Of a stretch of DNA of 32,000 bases, positions 18,396-27,262 are shown one piece after another. The number at the start of each line of letters is the position of its first letter. The first letter of the stretch is position 1. Source of the stretch: Candidatus Brocadia sp. (lineage in GTDB: Bacteria > Planctomycetota > Brocadiia > Brocadiales > Brocadiaceae). A model generated the notes under the pieces. The model was not told where the DNA came from, did no database searches, and saw nothing but the letters and a program-made list of their open reading frames with translations. A program made the position numbers and the translations under genes. The stretch lies in contig CP091279.1 of the NCBI GenBank assembly GCA_021650915.1, positions 1,050,001-1,082,000 of the forward strand, given 5' to 3'.

Positions 18396-18585
18396 AAGTT
18401 TTTCCTTTCATTTAACGAAACGATAGCACAGACATCAAATCACCCGTTTTAGTAGCGCTTGCAATTTTTTATACCTGTCGCATCGTTATCCCATATCCCT
18501 CCCATAATTCCACGGTCTTCTTTCCCAAATGCCAGTTCTCTGTGCGGAGATAACGATTACCATACTTGCTTTTGTCATAGCCGTC

Positions 18586-18807
18586 TCAACCTACCCACTC
18601 ATAAACTTCAATCATTGCAGGATCACACTTCACGCATGTCTTGCATTTCACAACAGGCTCTGAATGTTTTCGAACCTTACCCTTACGTATCCAGTGTTCC
18701 AGTACACCGCATACAGCATCAGGCTCCATGTCAAAGTGTATAGCCATATCGTTCAAGGTGGCCATTCCGCGTTCAGAAAGATATCGTTTTAGTTCGGAAA
18801 GAATCAT
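18586..18807 (-). CDS. feoC: FeoC-like winged-helix protein
   Basis: 73 aa. MILSELKRYL...ATLNDMAIHF followed by a Cys cluster (CKTCVKCD). It lies directly downstream of feoB. Confidence 0.75.
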   Translation of the reverse strand: MILSELKRYLSERGMATLNDMAIHFDMEPDAVCGVLEHWIRKGKVRKHSEPVVKCKTCVKCDPAMIEVYEWVG

Positions 18808-18873
18808 GGCCAGGTTTCCTGATCGTTTCTTTTTTACTACTCAACCAAAATATTTTAAAAGAGGTACTGTGTT

Positions 18874-21189
18874 TCATTGTACGGTTGCAGCCACCATAAC
18901 CGGTCTCGCCTTACGAACTCCCCGGCCAAAACACCACATGACAAAAAGAGCAACTGCAAAAGCTGCTACTTCACAGCCGATCCATACCTTCGAGAACGTT
19001 GGATGCTGATGAAAAGTGGCTACCTGATAGAAAAATGTGGATGCCAGATATGCGAGTCCCGTAGTCCAGGCTCCGACAAAAATCGTCCATTTTATGTTAG
19101 TCTCACGATATACAGCAGCCATGGCAGCTACGCAGGGGAAGTAGAGCAAGATAAAGATGAGATACGCAAAGGCGCCGATCTTGCCGGAAAAAAGACTGGT
19201 CATAGCAGCAAGGGTACCAACAGTCACCTCCTGCTCCTCTGCAGCATGCTCAACAGTTTCAATCTCACCCACGGACATACCGAGGGGATCGAGGATCGTT
19301 CCAGCCACATCTGCGAGATTTGCGGGAATAGTAGCAAATGCATCGAGAATCCCACCCCAGAAGTCAAATACTTCTTCAACTGCTCCCTCTTCAGCAGCTT
19401 GGGAATAAATGGAATCAAGTGTCCCCACCACTGCCTCCTTAGCAAAGATTCCGGTGAATATGCCCACCGTAGCAGGCCAGTTCTCTTCATTAAGCCCCAT
19501 AGGAGTAAAAGCAGGGGTAATGGTCTTCCCTATACTTGCCAGCACGGACTTATCAGTGTCCTCATTACCGATAGTGCCATCTGTTCCCATGGAATTAAGA
19601 AAGCTTAATACGATGATTACCGGGATAAGGACACGGCTGGCTCGTAACATAAACGCCTTCAGCCTGTCCCATGACAGCAAAAGTACACCCCTGGCCGTTG
19701 GCCTGTGGTATGGAGGCAATTCCATAATAAAGGATGATAGCTCACCTTTGAGAAGGGTATTCTTTAAAACAAGACCGGTTATCACGGCAAAGCCTATACC
19801 TAAAAGGTAGAGACCGAAAACAAGATTCTGCCCACCTACAGGAAAAAAGGCCGCAGCAAAAAGCGCGTAAACAGGCAATCGGGCACCACAAGACATGAAG
19901 GGGTTCATCATGATATTCAGGGTACGGTCCCGCTGATGCTCAAGGGTGCGGGTAGCCATAATAGCCGGAACGTTGCAACCGAACCCCACCAGCAATGGAA
20001 CAAAGGATTTACCGGGAAGTCCGATAAACCTCATGAACCTGTCCATAACAAAAGCAGCCCGGGCCATATACCCTGAATCCTCAAGACAAGCGAGTACCAT
20101 AAACATAAAACCAATGGGTGGAATAAAGGTGGATATTGTCTGAATACCGCCACCGATGCCGTTGGCCAGGATGACAGTCAGCCATTCAGGAGTGCCGATG
20201 GAGCCAAGAAGTACTCCAAAGCCGTCCACAAAAATAGTACCGAAAAAGATGTCAAAAAAGTCGATAAACGCACCACCAATGTTGATAGTCCACATGAACA
20301 TAAAATACATAGCCACCAGGAAGATAGGGATTCCCAGCACCCTGTTAAGCACTATCCGGTCGATTTTATCGGATACCGTCCTTGTCAACTTGGTTGGTTT
20401 GCTTACTATCCCTTTTGTCAACCAGTTGATAAAACCATAACGACTGTCTGCTATTACGATATCTGGCTCTTCTCCAAGCTTGGCCTCTATCTTCTTTACG
20501 TGGTGTTCTAAGATATCATCAGCGATACCTCCAATCATGTTTAAGGCTATAGCATCACCTTCCAGCAGCTTTACTGCAACCCAGTGAGGGGCTACCTTTT
20601 TACCCTGCACCGCTTTCTCTACAATCGGCACCAATTCATTGACGGCCTCCTGGATTTCCACAGGATATACCACCTGAGTTTCTGATACCGGTATCTCCTC
20701 GGCAGCTTTGTTGATTGCCGACATCAACTCTTTAACACCCTCTTTTTTGGAAGCGACAATGGGAATGACCGGGCTACCTAATTGTTTTGCCAGGCCGGAA
20801 ATATCTATTTTGATATTACGGCTCTTTGCAATATCCATCATATTAAGAATAATCAACATCGGCACCTTCATTTCAAGGAGTTGAGTCGTCAAATAGAGAT
20901 TACGTTCCAGGTTTGACGCATCCACTATGTTTAGTATGAGATGAGGCTCCCCTGAAAGGATATAGTCCCTGGCAACCATCTCATCCACTGAGGCAGCGGA
21001 TAGCGAATAGATTCCGGGAAGGTCTACCAGCTGGATCTGACGATCTTCATGCTTGTAATAACCAACCTTGCGATCCACGGTTACTCCGGGCCAGTTACCC
21101 ACCCGTTGAGCGGAGCCGGTCAGGACATTAAACATCGTGGTCTTGCCGCAGTTGGGATTTCCTGCAACACCTATGATAAAATCAGTCAT
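18874..21189 (-). CDS. feoB: Ferrous iron transporter FeoB
   Basis: G-domain motif GNPNCGKTTMFN and a long polytopic membrane domain. I chose the start at MTDFIIGVAG (21189), which has GGAGGT 6 nt upstream. Confidence 0.95.
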   Translation of the reverse strand: MTDFIIGVAGNPNCGKTTMFNVLTGSAQRVGNWPGVTVDRKVGYYKHEDRQIQLVDLPGIYSLSAASVDEMVARDYILSGEPHLILNIVDASNLERNLYLTTQLLEMKVPMLIILNMMDIAKSRNIKIDISGLAKQLGSPVIPIVASKKEGVKELMSAINKAAEEIPVSETQVVYPVEIQEAVNELVPIVEKAVQGKKVAPHWVAVKLLEGDAIALNMIGGIADDILEHHVKKIEAKLGEEPDIVIADSRYGFINWLTKGIVSKPTKLTRTVSDKIDRIVLNRVLGIPIFLVAMYFMFMWTINIGGAFIDFFDIFFGTIFVDGFGVLLGSIGTPEWLTVILANGIGGGIQTISTFIPPIGFMFMVLACLEDSGYMARAAFVMDRFMRFIGLPGKSFVPLLVGFGCNVPAIMATRTLEHQRDRTLNIMMNPFMSCGARLPVYALFAAAFFPVGGQNLVFGLYLLGIGFAVITGLVLKNTLLKGELSSFIMELPPYHRPTARGVLLLSWDRLKAFMLRASRVLIPVIIVLSFLNSMGTDGTIGNEDTDKSVLASIGKTITPAFTPMGLNEENWPATVGIFTGIFAKEAVVGTLDSIYSQAAEEGAVEEVFDFWGGILDAFATIPANLADVAGTILDPLGMSVGEIETVEHAAEEQEVTVGTLAAMTSLFSGKIGAFAYLIFILLYFPCVAAMAAVYRETNIKWTIFVGAWTTGLAYLASTFFYQVATFHQHPTFSKVWIGCEVAAFAVALFVMWCFGRGVRKARPVMVAATVQ

Positions 21190-21190
21190 T

Positions 21191-21427
21191 CTATACCTCC
21201 TTTTGTACTGAGAGCGCAGATGCCTCACCTTTTCTCAACGTCAAGTTAAAGCCGCGTACATTGATTTCTACAGGGTCCCCCAATGGAGCTACCCGTTTCA
21301 CAGTAAATTCGACCCCCTTTGTAAGACCCATCGCCATCAGTTTCTCCCTATATGTCTTGTCAACCTTCTCGAAACCAATAACCCTGCCTTTTTCCCCCAC
21401 AGCCATTTCAGTTAATGTAATAGCCAT
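21191..21427 (-). CDS. feoA: FeoA family protein (second copy)
   Basis: 78 aa with an SH3-like FeoA pattern (GEKGRVIGF ... LMAMGLTKGVEFTVKRVAPLGDPVEI). The ATG at 21427 is preceded by GGAGGAGG. Confidence 0.9.
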   Translation of the reverse strand: MAITLTEMAVGEKGRVIGFEKVDKTYREKLMAMGLTKGVEFTVKRVAPLGDPVEINVRGFNLTLRKGEASALSVQKEV

Positions 21428-21440
21428 ATTCGCCTCCTCC

Positions 21441-21731
21441 TTAAATCTGTACGACCATAATTTTTTGTGCCATGCCTCCCCCAAGGATGTAACGGCCTCC
21501 TTCACTGGCAACCAGCACAGAACCCTGTTGACGAGATTGTACAATTTCAATCTCATCACCCGCATTAAACCCCATACTGATGAGCCGTTCCTGAAACCCT
21601 CTTCCACCTTTCAGGGCAACAATCCTGACCTTTTGTCCTTCACTGGCAAAGGTCAGCGGAAAAGCACTCCCCGAAGAAGAGTCTTCCTCTGAATTCATAT
21701 GCTCATGTTTTTCATTACTATTATTATTCAC
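21441..21731 (-). CDS. feoA: FeoA family protein (first copy) with an acidic/His-rich N-terminal tail
   Basis: 96 aa with the FeoA pattern GQKVRIVAL...RLISMGFNAGDEIEIV. The N-terminus is MNNNSNEKHEHMNSEEDSSS. Confidence 0.85.
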   Translation of the reverse strand: MNNNSNEKHEHMNSEEDSSSGSAFPLTFASEGQKVRIVALKGGRGFQERLISMGFNAGDEIEIVQSRQQGSVLVASEGGRYILGGGMAQKIMVVQI

Positions 21732-21810
21732 AACAACACCCTTCCTTTCGTCGCCTGGTTATTGCAGGTATCGTTTTTTCATAAACAGTTCACACCAGGG
21801 GGTGAACTGT

Positions 21811-21926
21811 TATAGTATTACTTCATACAAACTTCTTTTTTCTGTAATGTTTTCTTTGTGATCTTTGTGCAAAGCTTTGCGTTCTTTGTGGTTAAACTTT
21901 TTTGGTTGCGACTGTGCTGCGTTATG
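21811..21926 (-). repeat. Family A-related short element (same termini, different core)
   Basis: The termini tatagtattac (21811-21821) and ggttgcgactgtgctgcgttatg (21904-21926) match those of family A. The core is replaced by ctttgtgatctttgtgcaaagctttgcgttctttgtgg. Confidence 0.6.
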
Positions 21927-22024
21927 TTTTTTCTGGGTAACAACCATCTTTATAACAGGAATACCAGTCTCTTTCTTAAATTTAAATGTACCAACATATT
22001 TGTTATTACCCATAATTGCTGCTG

Positions 22025-22246
22025 TATAGTATTACTGTATAAAAACTTCTTTTTTCTGTGAGTTTTTTCACAAACCCCTTTCAGGAGGTACCGTTTTTTA
22101 TGAGTGAAAGATTGCTTCGCTTCACTCGCAATGACAACATGCAGTGTACCATCAAAGTGCATGGCCAGTGTCATTGCGAGGGCCTTTTCCGAAGCAATCT
22201 CCCCGCTTTCATAAAGGAAATCTGGTTGCGGCTGTGCCGCGCTATG
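22025..22246 (-). repeat. Family A repeat element, copy 3 (inverted relative to copies 1 and 2)
   Basis: Its reverse complement aligns end to end with 13470-13690. Confidence 0.85.
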
Positions 22247-22657
22247 TATAGCCACATATTATTTGAGACAAAGACTCAAACGCATTGCAATTTTATATAT
22301 TAAATCATCAATGTCAACCTTTTTTTATAACAAATCGTCAGGGCGCTTCATTTCTGAATTTCAATCTCTCTGCCATCTTTACTCATGGGTTTGTCGCCTT
22401 TGTCGCTCACAACCTTACCGTTATCTTCGACCACTTGCAAGAGGCTCTATTAGCCCACCTCTATGTCACGATCTCATCAAAAGGCATACATAAGCCGTAC
22501 AGGCTATTGCTGGGATGAGCTATTCTTTTCATTTCATCATCAGATGGTATTTTTATGGATTCTTTTATCCGCAGATTTGTAAAGATAAAAGGTGTTGCTA
22601 TAAACATCAAAGATAGTATAATTTGAAAAAATTTTACATGGGTTAACGATACGAATT

Positions 22658-24040
22658 ATGCAGTATGATTTTAAAAACAAAAAGATTACAGTTATGGGGT
22701 TAGGCCTGTTTGGCGGCGGGGTGGGTATTGCCCAATTTCTTGTAAGACAAGGCGCTCGTGTTACGGTAACGGATGTGAGAACCGCTCAGGAATTATCCCC
22801 TTCCGTAAAACGGCTTGAAGGTCTTCCCATTTCCTATAAGCTTGGCGGGCACTGCGAGGATGATTTTGTCAGCGCAGATATGGTGATTGTGAATCCTGCT
22901 GTGCCAAAGGATTCAAGGTACCTGCACCTCGCAAGAAATAACCATGTACCCATGGATTCCGAAATTAACATTTTTTTTCAATTATGTCCGGCTCCCATTA
23001 TCGGTATTACCGGCAGTAATGGAAAGTCAACCACGACCACCCTTACCGGCAAAATATTGCACCAGACACAAAGAACGACCTGGGTGGGTGGGAACATTGG
23101 GAAATCCTTACTTTCAGACCTCGGAGAGATACAACCCGCAGATATCGTAGTCCTTGAGCTATCCAGCTTTCAGCTTGAGGAACTCCTGTGCTCACAAACA
23201 AGCCCGGGCATCAGCATTGTAACCAATATATCACCCAACCACCTTGACCGATATCCAGGAATGAACGAATATATCCAGGCCAAAAAAGGTATTATTGCAC
23301 ATCAAAAGCCAACAGATTACGCGATTCTCAATTACGATGACCCGGAATTACGAAGGTGGGAGAAGGAATGCAAAGGTAACGTTTTATGGTACAGTACCAG
23401 GACAACGCTGTCAGAAGGTGCCTTTATCGACGGCAACTCCCTCGTCCTGTCTGTGAAAGGCAATACAATAGCAGTGCCGTGTGTCTCCGGTATTAAAATA
23501 CCTGGTATCCATAACCTGCAAAATATCCTGGCTGCCTCCTGTGCCGCCTATCTTGCCGGTGCAAATGGACGGCATATTGAAAATACGATCGCCACCTTCC
23601 CCGGATTAGAACACCGCCTGGAATTCGTCCGTCAAATCAATGGTGTACAATACTATAATGACTCCAAGGCAACAACGCCAGAATCTGCCATGGCAGCCGT
23701 TACGGCATTCCAGACACCCGTGATCCTGATTGCCGGCGGCTATGATAAGGGAAGCGACTTTGAGGAATTTGCCGGGGTTTGTGCAAAACGCGCCAGGTCG
23801 GTTATTCTTATCGGGAAAACGGCAAAGAAGATAGAAGAACTCATCCGCCAGAAAAAAGAGGGAAGAGAAATGCCGTCCCTCTTTACCCCCACAACCTTCA
23901 GGGAGGCATTTCAACAGGCAACTACGATAGCAAAGTCCGGAGACGTTGTATTGTTGTCTCCCGCCTGCGCCAGTTATGACATGTTCCTGAATTATGAAGA
24001 ACGGGGAAGACAATTTAAGGACATGGTTCGGGCCTTATAA
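22658..24040 (+). CDS. murD: UDP-N-acetylmuramoyl-L-alanine--D-glutamate ligase MurD
   Basis: 460 aa with an N-terminal Rossmann motif (GLGLFGGG), the Mur ligase P-loop GITGSNGKSTTT, and C-terminal YDMF..YEERG. Confidence 0.93.
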   Translation: MQYDFKNKKITVMGLGLFGGGVGIAQFLVRQGARVTVTDVRTAQELSPSVKRLEGLPISYKLGGHCEDDFVSADMVIVNPAVPKDSRYLHLARNNHVPMDSEINIFFQLCPAPIIGITGSNGKSTTTTLTGKILHQTQRTTWVGGNIGKSLLSDLGEIQPADIVVLELSSFQLEELLCSQTSPGISIVTNISPNHLDRYPGMNEYIQAKKGIIAHQKPTDYAILNYDDPELRRWEKECKGNVLWYSTRTTLSEGAFIDGNSLVLSVKGNTIAVPCVSGIKIPGIHNLQNILAASCAAYLAGANGRHIENTIATFPGLEHRLEFVRQINGVQYYNDSKATTPESAMAAVTAFQTPVILIAGGYDKGSDFEEFAGVCAKRARSVILIGKTAKKIEELIRQKKEGREMPSLFTPTTFREAFQQATTIAKSGDVVLLSPACASYDMFLNYEERGRQFKDMVRAL

Positions 24041-24167
24041 TATAGTAAACGCTAAAGGAAAGATGTCATTGCGAAGGCGTTAGACCGAAGCAATCTCAAG
24101 GGTGGGATTGCTTCACTGTCGTCCGCAATGATTATCACCTGTCAACTTATTTAAGGCGCTTACTATA
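24041..24167. repeat. 127-bp palindromic MITE-like element related to family A
   Basis: Terminal inverted repeats tatagtaaacgc (24041-24052) and gcgcttactata (24156-24167). The inner arms cattgcga..cgaagcaatc and gattgcttc..cgcaatg form a near-perfect palindrome. Confidence 0.7.
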
Positions 24168-24218
24168 GTATCTTGTGATAAACTTTTTCTTTCATGCATC
24201 TTTTTATAAAGGACTATC

Positions 24219-25160
24219 ATGGTATTGCAAATCGTCTTGTTATTTGCAGGACTTGCCGGGCTCTATTATGGGGCTGAATGGCTCGTCGGCGGGGCATCAA
24301 GATTCGCCCGGTCATTTCAAATCAAACCCGTAGTTATCGGACTCACCATCGTTGCTTTTGGCACTTCGACTCCGGAACTTGTCACCAGCGTAACCGCCGG
24401 TATGAGGCATTTAAGCGACATTGCCATGGGAAATATTATTGGAAGCAATATCGCCAATATCGGCCTTATCCTGGGGTTATCGGCGCTCGTTCGTCCCCTT
24501 ACGATTGATACGAAGCTCCTCTATCGTGAAATGCCGATTGTGGTGGGTATCTCATTCCTTTTATATTTCATGGTGTGGGACGGCACCCTAAGCAGGACGG
24601 AGGGCGCCATTCTCCTTGGTGGTATTGTACTTTATACGTGTTATGTATACCGCATAGCCTTAAAGGAAGCCAGCCTTGTTGAGCAGGAGTATGAGGAATT
24701 TCTTGGAACGGAGGATACGAACGTCAGAAAAAACATCTTCCTTATCCTCATCGGACTTGGGGCGCTCATGGGAGGAGCGCATTTTCTGGTCCATGCTGCG
24801 ATCTTTATCGCCAAGGTCATAGGAATCAGCGAACTCGTCATTGGCCTCACCGTTATTGCCGTCGGGACGTCTCTTCCGGAACTGGCAACTTCCCTGGTTG
24901 CCGCCATCCGCAAGGAATCCGATATCAGTGTCGGGAACGTGCTGGGGAGTAATATCTTTAACATCCTTACAGTCCTCGGCATTTCCTCCATAATCCAACC
25001 CCTGTCTGTCAATGCGGCTTCCCTCCGTGTTGATATGCCGGTCATGCTGTTCTTCAGCATCTTCATCATTCCTCTTATTACCTGGAAGTTCATGATTAGC
25101 AGGGTACAGGGAATGATGCTGCTGATTGGGTATGCTGTCTACATTCTCTGGCTATTTTAG
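24219..25160 (+). CDS. Calcium/sodium antiporter (CaCA family, YrbG-like)
   Basis: 313 aa and about 10 TM helices. It has the duplicated alpha-repeat motifs GNIIGSNIANIGLILG and GNVLGSNIFNILTVLG. Confidence 0.88.
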   Translation: MVLQIVLLFAGLAGLYYGAEWLVGGASRFARSFQIKPVVIGLTIVAFGTSTPELVTSVTAGMRHLSDIAMGNIIGSNIANIGLILGLSALVRPLTIDTKLLYREMPIVVGISFLLYFMVWDGTLSRTEGAILLGGIVLYTCYVYRIALKEASLVEQEYEEFLGTEDTNVRKNIFLILIGLGALMGGAHFLVHAAIFIAKVIGISELVIGLTVIAVGTSLPELATSLVAAIRKESDISVGNVLGSNIFNILTVLGISSIIQPLSVNAASLRVDMPVMLFFSIFIIPLITWKFMISRVQGMMLLIGYAVYILWLF

Positions 25161-26198
25161 TAGTTCCAGGCAACTCCTGGCGACCATTTCCGGTTGTATC
25201 TGCGTCATGCAGCGATGGTCATTCGGACAGATCTTTAAATGACAGGCAAGGCAGTCCACATTGGCGTGAATTACCTCTCCTATTTCTGCCGGAGTGTAAG
25301 TATACCGCGGGTCATTTGGCCCCATGAGCGTTACCACCGGTCTCTGAAAGGCGACGGCGATATGCCGGGGGCCTGAGTCAACCGTGATCAACAAGGAACA
25401 CCTTTTGATAAGCGCTTTCAGGACGTCGAGCGAAACGACCTCATGTGCCAGATTGATCACCCGGGACTTTGCTGCCTGTTCAATGTCCGTTGCCAATTGT
25501 GCTTCATGGGGAGCACCTACAACGGCGATGGTACATTCCAATTGGCTCTTTATGAGGTCTGCCGTCCCGGCGAATCCCTCGGCTGTCCAGCATTTCGATG
25601 ATCCGTATGCGGCGCCCGGATTTAATAAAATAAAGGGATGACCGTTGTTCAAATGATATTTTTTCCCTATTTCGTCTGCGCGACACTCTGCGGCATCAGA
25701 AACAAAGAGTTCCAGGTCTTTCGATTTCACCTCACAGCCAACCTCGGTGCACAACCGCAGGTAATAGTCTCCCATATAAGTCGGGAGGAAACGCCCGTTT
25801 TCAGATAACCGGCGGATTCCGTCGGTAAGCAGCCATGAACGGGCGTCTCTCCGGTACCCAATCCGCCGCTTTACGCCGCCGAACCAAAACATGCATGCGG
25901 AGCTAAAGGAATTGGGAAAGAGAAAGCCCATGTCGTACTTTCCGGAACGGATGCGTTCTATTATCGAAATAGCATGTGCCCGCTGGGACGCCTGGTCTTT
26001 TTTGTCCAAAAGAAGGAATTCGTCAAACCAGGGAGTGTCTTCGATAAGCCTCTGAACGTACGATTTTAAGACCAGGGTGATTTTCGCATCCGGAAAATTT
26101 TCCCTGATACACCGAAAGGCAGGGGTAGCCATAACGACGTCACCCACCCAATTGGGCGAACGGATGATGATGTTTTTTATATTGGCTGGTTTTTCCAA
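25152..26198 (-). CDS. Glycosyltransferase family 9 (ADP-heptose:LPS heptosyltransferase, WaaF-like)
   Basis: 348 aa. The N-terminus reads IIIRSPNWVGDVVMATPAFRCIRENFP, followed by VDSGPRHIAVAF and a C-terminal Cys/His cluster. The convergent 3' ends overlap the antiporter gene by 9 nt. Confidence 0.88.
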   Translation of the reverse strand: MEKPANIKNIIIRSPNWVGDVVMATPAFRCIRENFPDAKITLVLKSYVQRLIEDTPWFDEFLLLDKKDQASQRAHAISIIERIRSGKYDMGFLFPNSFSSACMFWFGGVKRRIGYRRDARSWLLTDGIRRLSENGRFLPTYMGDYYLRLCTEVGCEVKSKDLELFVSDAAECRADEIGKKYHLNNGHPFILLNPGAAYGSSKCWTAEGFAGTADLIKSQLECTIAVVGAPHEAQLATDIEQAAKSRVINLAHEVVSLDVLKALIKRCSLLITVDSGPRHIAVAFQRPVVTLMGPNDPRYTYTPAEIGEVIHANVDCLACHLKICPNDHRCMTQIQPEMVARSCLELLK

Positions 26199-26358
26199 TG
26201 AAACTCCGGATGTATGAGAATTCAGGAAGTATCTAAAATTCCTCTGTAATCAGATAGGATTTTACTGAATGCCTTCATACGTTGTCAAGCCAGCGGTTAC
26301 TTATGGAGTATTGCTGTATGCGATGGATGGGTTTATCAAAACCTTTTATTACTCTTTT

Positions 26359-26510
26359 GGTAACACTTTAGTTTTTTGAAAATTACAATAATAACAATGT
26401 TACCGCACGGTGTAGGGGCGAAGCATTTGCCATAAATTGATATAAATGTATTCACACCCCAAGCAGGCAAATGCTTCGCCCCTACTTTTTCAAAAAACTA
26501 AAGTGTTACC
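26359..26510. repeat. 152-bp nested perfect palindrome (MITE-like)
   Basis: The outer 24-bp arms (26359-26382 and 26487-26510) and the inner 20-bp arms gtaggggcgaagcatttgcc (26412-26431 and 26466-26485) are each exact reverse complements. Confidence 0.85.
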
Positions 26511-26601
26511 TCTTTTGTAAGTAACCATTGAGTTTTTTGAAAAAACCCTCTGTATGAATAATATTGCCATGTAGTGGTAGGTTTGAAACCTGCCTTCAGG
26601 G

Positions 26602-26628
26602 CTGGTGCAATCTTGCAGATTGCACCAG
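26602..26628. repeat. Perfect 12-bp stem / 3-nt loop hairpin
   Basis: ctggtgcaatct-tgc-agattgcaccag. Confidence 0.6.
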
Positions 26629-26929
26629 AAATTCTGAAAGGTACTAAAATAAACTGCTAATTGCAATGGAACCATACGAAACGTTTCAGTGCAATCGGGG
26701 ACGATTGAACCAGCTACAACCAGCCAGAAGTATACCGTGAAAATATTAGCTAATAACCGTCTCTCAGAGTATAATCACAACGCAATGAGTACCTATGAGA
26801 CAATGATTTACTGGTGAGAAGAAGACAAAAATTTTAAACAGGGACACGGACAATACAAAAAGCTGACATCCCCTTCAGATATGCACGTCAACTATAGTGT
26901 GTAACTGAAACAATGCATGAGGAAAAAAA

Positions 26930-27211
26930 ATGGCCCGGGCAATAAAAGAAAGAATTGGTTCAGTAGATGAACCGCTAGAGAAGAAGCTCTGGAAGGCGGC
27001 AGATAAGTTGCGGAAGAATATGGATGCCGCTGAATACAAGCACGTTGTATTAGGCTTGATTTTTTTGAAATACATTTCTGATGCCTTTGAAGAACTCTAT
27101 GAAAAGCTAAAAGAAGGTAAGGGTGACTACGAAGGTGCTGACCCGGAGGACAAAAATGAATACACAGCCGAAAAGGTGTTTTATGTGCCACCCTCTGCAC
27201 GATGGAAATAG
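26930..27211 (+). CDS. hsdM: Type I R-M methyltransferase HsdM, N-terminal fragment ending at an in-frame TAG
   Basis: HsdM_N signature [40 protein letters not shown]. It is in the same frame as 27263-28975 and is separated from the continuing homology only by the TAG at 27209-27211. Confidence 0.85.
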   Translation: MARAIKERIGSVDEPLEKKLWKAADKLRKNMDAAEYKHVVLGLIFLKYISDAFEELYEKLKEGKGDYEGADPEDKNEYTAEKVFYVPPSARWK

Positions 27212-27262
27212 TTACAAGGCAGGGCAAAGCTCCCAACCATTGGCAAGGATATCGACGATGCA

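Noticed and set aside
21810-22013. 67-aa ORF rich in K/H (KFNHKERKALHKDHKE)
   Set aside because: The ORF lies entirely within the family A-related short element and the spacer between two repeats. The peptide is a read-through of the ctttgtgatctttgtg repeat core.
26659-26710. A CRISPR-repeat-like 28-mer, gtttcagtgcaatcggggacgattgaac, next to attgcaatggaaccatacgaaac
   Set aside because: There is only one copy, with no regularly spaced repeats or spacers and no cas genes in the window. None of the repeat families here (A, B, palindromes) shows CRISPR-like periodicity.
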